From Dimorphilus gyrociliatus (taxonomy: Eukaryota; Animalia; Annelida), in the NCBI GenBank assembly GCA_904063045.1, contig CAJFCJ010000031.1, forward strand, positions 343,503 to 407,502: a DNA stretch of 64,000 bases. Direction: 5' to 3'. Made by a program: the position numbers and the translations under genes. How positions within the stretch are numbered: the first letter of the stretch is position 1; each line of letters opens with the position of its first letter. The notes under the pieces were generated by a model. It was not told the DNA's origin. It ran no database searches and saw nothing but the letters and a program-made list of their open reading frames with translations. Below are positions 61,695-64,000 of the stretch, piece after piece.

Positions 61695-63381
61695 CTCTCA
61701 CACACACTCTCAATCTCTCTCTCGCGTTCTCTTTTCCTCTATACGTTTATAGTGGTGCATCATTAGCTCTACTCACTTTTTTTTATTATTAAAACTTCTG
61801 CTATTATCATTTGCTTTTTGTGATTTTTTTTACTTTAATAAAAAAAACAAAAGAAAACCATTCTATTTATATCTTTCTTAGAAAAATAAATGGCTAAAAT
61901 ACTTTCAATTATATGTTCTCCCTGGCCCTGCACAAACTAAAGTAGGCCTTTTAAGAGAGCTTTATTGCTGTTTTCTTTTCTCTGCTTTTGTTTCTATTAT
62001 ACGAAGGATCTGTTACGGTAATTAAATATACTAGGCCAAAAAATGTTCGTTTTTATTTCATCCTTCCCTTTTTCTCTCGTTCAGTCTATCTACAAGGGAT
62101 TTTGTTTTGATAATACGATCAGGACAAGCTAACTGCTCTGTTTTGTTTTCTCTATACAGTCAAACAATCATTTTAAACAATTCGTTATTTTCTTTTTATA
62201 TTTTTAAGTAAATATGATAAAATCTAAGATTTCCAAATGCAAACTTTGGCCAAATTTCTCACCTTAATTCGAGGTTAAATTTTTTTCTTTTGGTCTGTCT
62301 ATCCTAATTCCAACATTCAGTTTGATGAAGACAGATAAGAAAGATACATTCCTTACATTCTAATGTACAGTTGTCTACAGTATACAATAGAACTTTTCAA
62401 CATCGTTAGCATTATTATAATATCTTAATAATTATCTTAAATTCGTTCGGTACGTATCCAAACTATTCCCCGTTATATACAAACAATTAATTTTAATTGT
62501 TTAAACTTGTCAATTAATCTTTTTTTTATTTTATTTTTTTTTTTAAAAACACTAAATAAAAAATTTCTTTTAGTAGAAAAGTTTTTTCTTTTAAGATTTA
62601 TATTAATTAAATTAATTTAGTTTATATAAATAAAAGAAAGCTTTTCTTTTTAAACTATGAAAATGGCGACTGGTGGCCATTTTTATATACTGTATAAAAA
62701 AGAGATTCACATGTATGTAAACTGAGTATTAATTGAAAAATACGCTAAGTTAGTACTTCTTTTACAAAGTAAGAAAATATTCCAACATAACATATTATTA
62801 TTGGCCTAAGACGATAAGAAAAGAGAACGGAGAGAGAGAGAGACACATACACACACAGTTAGAACATTCTCTGCTTTCCTATAAGTCGGGCAAAAAAAGT
62901 AGGCTTTTATTCTTTTTACTTTAAAGAGCAAAGACAAACGATTCGTATTTATCAAAGTGAATATAATATCTTCCTCTAGCCCTTCAGCCGTTCCTCAGGT
63001 TAATGTTATAATCTATTCTCAAATTTTAAAAAAATCCTCTCTTCTCTAAAGAAATAAAATAACATTGATGTAAGCCTAGAAACGAAAGGCCATCTACCGG
63101 TAAGAAGAATAAATGAAGAAGAAACGTTCTTAATTCTATATTAAGAACATAATATAGCTTTCAAAATTAAATATTATATATATAAATACATTTATACATA
63201 TATATATCTTATATGTATTATTTTGGATATATAGATACTGTATATATATATATATTAGTATATATATTAATATACTAATACATATATAAATTGTACTTTA
63301 TAATTATTTATTCATTTTTCTGTTGAGTTTTTTATATTTGATTATTCGTTTTCTATTTTTACTATTTAAAAGAACAGGGAA

Positions 63382-64000
63382 ATGAAGGAACCCCTTAAAA
63401 AAGTTATTGATGAGGAAGAATTTCTATTTTACCAAAATTGTACTTATCGTAAAGGGTACGAATGGCGAACAAAATCATCTTGGTGGTGTACTAGAGAAAA
63501 CTGTTTTGGACGTCTTATGACTAAACAAAAAGGCGAAAAATTTTACATTTTCAGCTTGACTAATCATAATCATAGTATTGATGGAGAGATAACAATCTAT
63601 TCGTTCCATAAGCGAAGAAGAACGATTTGCACTCTTGCACAACTATGTAAAGAAATTATTAATGAAGTTAGATACGGTATATATAATGTTTTTTCATTTT
63701 TTTTATCTTCCAGTCCTTCTTCTTCTTTCTCTTATCCTTTTTAATATTCTTACGTGCTATGTTTATATTTGTCTTTTAGGACGTCTTTACGAATTACCAG
63801 ACAGCTGTCGCAGATGTTCTATCCTACCTTTCATTCCAAGGAGAATAGGGAATTTTCCTTCTTCTATAAATGAAAAGTTCAAGTGTTTTGTCCTATATAG
63901 CCACTCTGATTTTATGGTTTTGGGTAAGAGCTTAGAATACTTGAGTACTCCAACTACTCTTCTTATGAATACTTCGGTCAAATATAAAACCAGACATTTT
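63382..64000 (+). CDS. FLYWCH zinc finger followed by a Mutator(MULE)-transposase-like region; 3'-truncated (exons 63382-63676, 63780->64000)
   Basis: FLFYQNCTYRK..SSWWCTRENCFGRL..NHNH is a FLYWCH C-x4-C..H-x-H finger. After a 103-nt phase-1 intron the frame stays open to the window end and reads FVLYSHSDFMVLGKSLEYLSTPTTLLMNTSVKYKTRHF. Confidence 0.7.

Noticed and set aside
1-64000. tRNA, rRNA, known miRNAs, CRISPR arrays, intact transposons or retroelements
   Set aside because: By eye I saw no cloverleaf or T-loop motifs, rRNA-like tracts, mature sequences of conserved bilaterian miRNAs that I recall, spacer-repeat arrays, LTR/TIR pairs or RT ORFs. tRNAscan-SE, Infernal and RepeatModeler would be needed to exclude divergent copies.

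Overview
AT-rich animal genomic DNA, roughly 70% AT by eye, with very short introns (many 53-110 nt). The Pax6 linker motif [11 protein letters not shown] and the compact gene structure suggest a miniaturised lophotrochozoan genome such as the annelid Dimorphilus; the taxon is an inference. I hand-spliced the exons using GT-AG boundaries and phase bookkeeping. The left 22 kb is gene-dense, all on the + strand: the 3' end of an ELOVL4-like elongase, an intronless GT77-type glycosyltransferase, EPS8 (13 exons), harmonin/USH1C (about 17 exons), an UNC-93-like MFS protein, a secreted C-type-lectin domain fused to an inter-alpha-inhibitor heavy-chain C-terminal (GDPH) domain, and an orphan ORF. About 22-52 kb is a low-gene-density domain around a complete Pax6 gene (+). 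Tail-to-tail with Pax6 is an ANKS1-like SAM-SAM-PTB gene (-) with no ankyrin exons in the window. The right end holds two small degenerate KH-domain genes and a FLYWCH/Mutator-transposase-derived gene cut by the window edge. The most striking observations are the lectin-GDPH fusion, the EPS8-harmonin tandem next to Pax6, oriented CTCF-like motifs around Pax6, 13 Tc1/mariner-type TATAC(A/T)GTATA footprints, and an apparently domesticated MULE transposase. I saw no rRNA, tRNA, CRISPR array or intact transposon.
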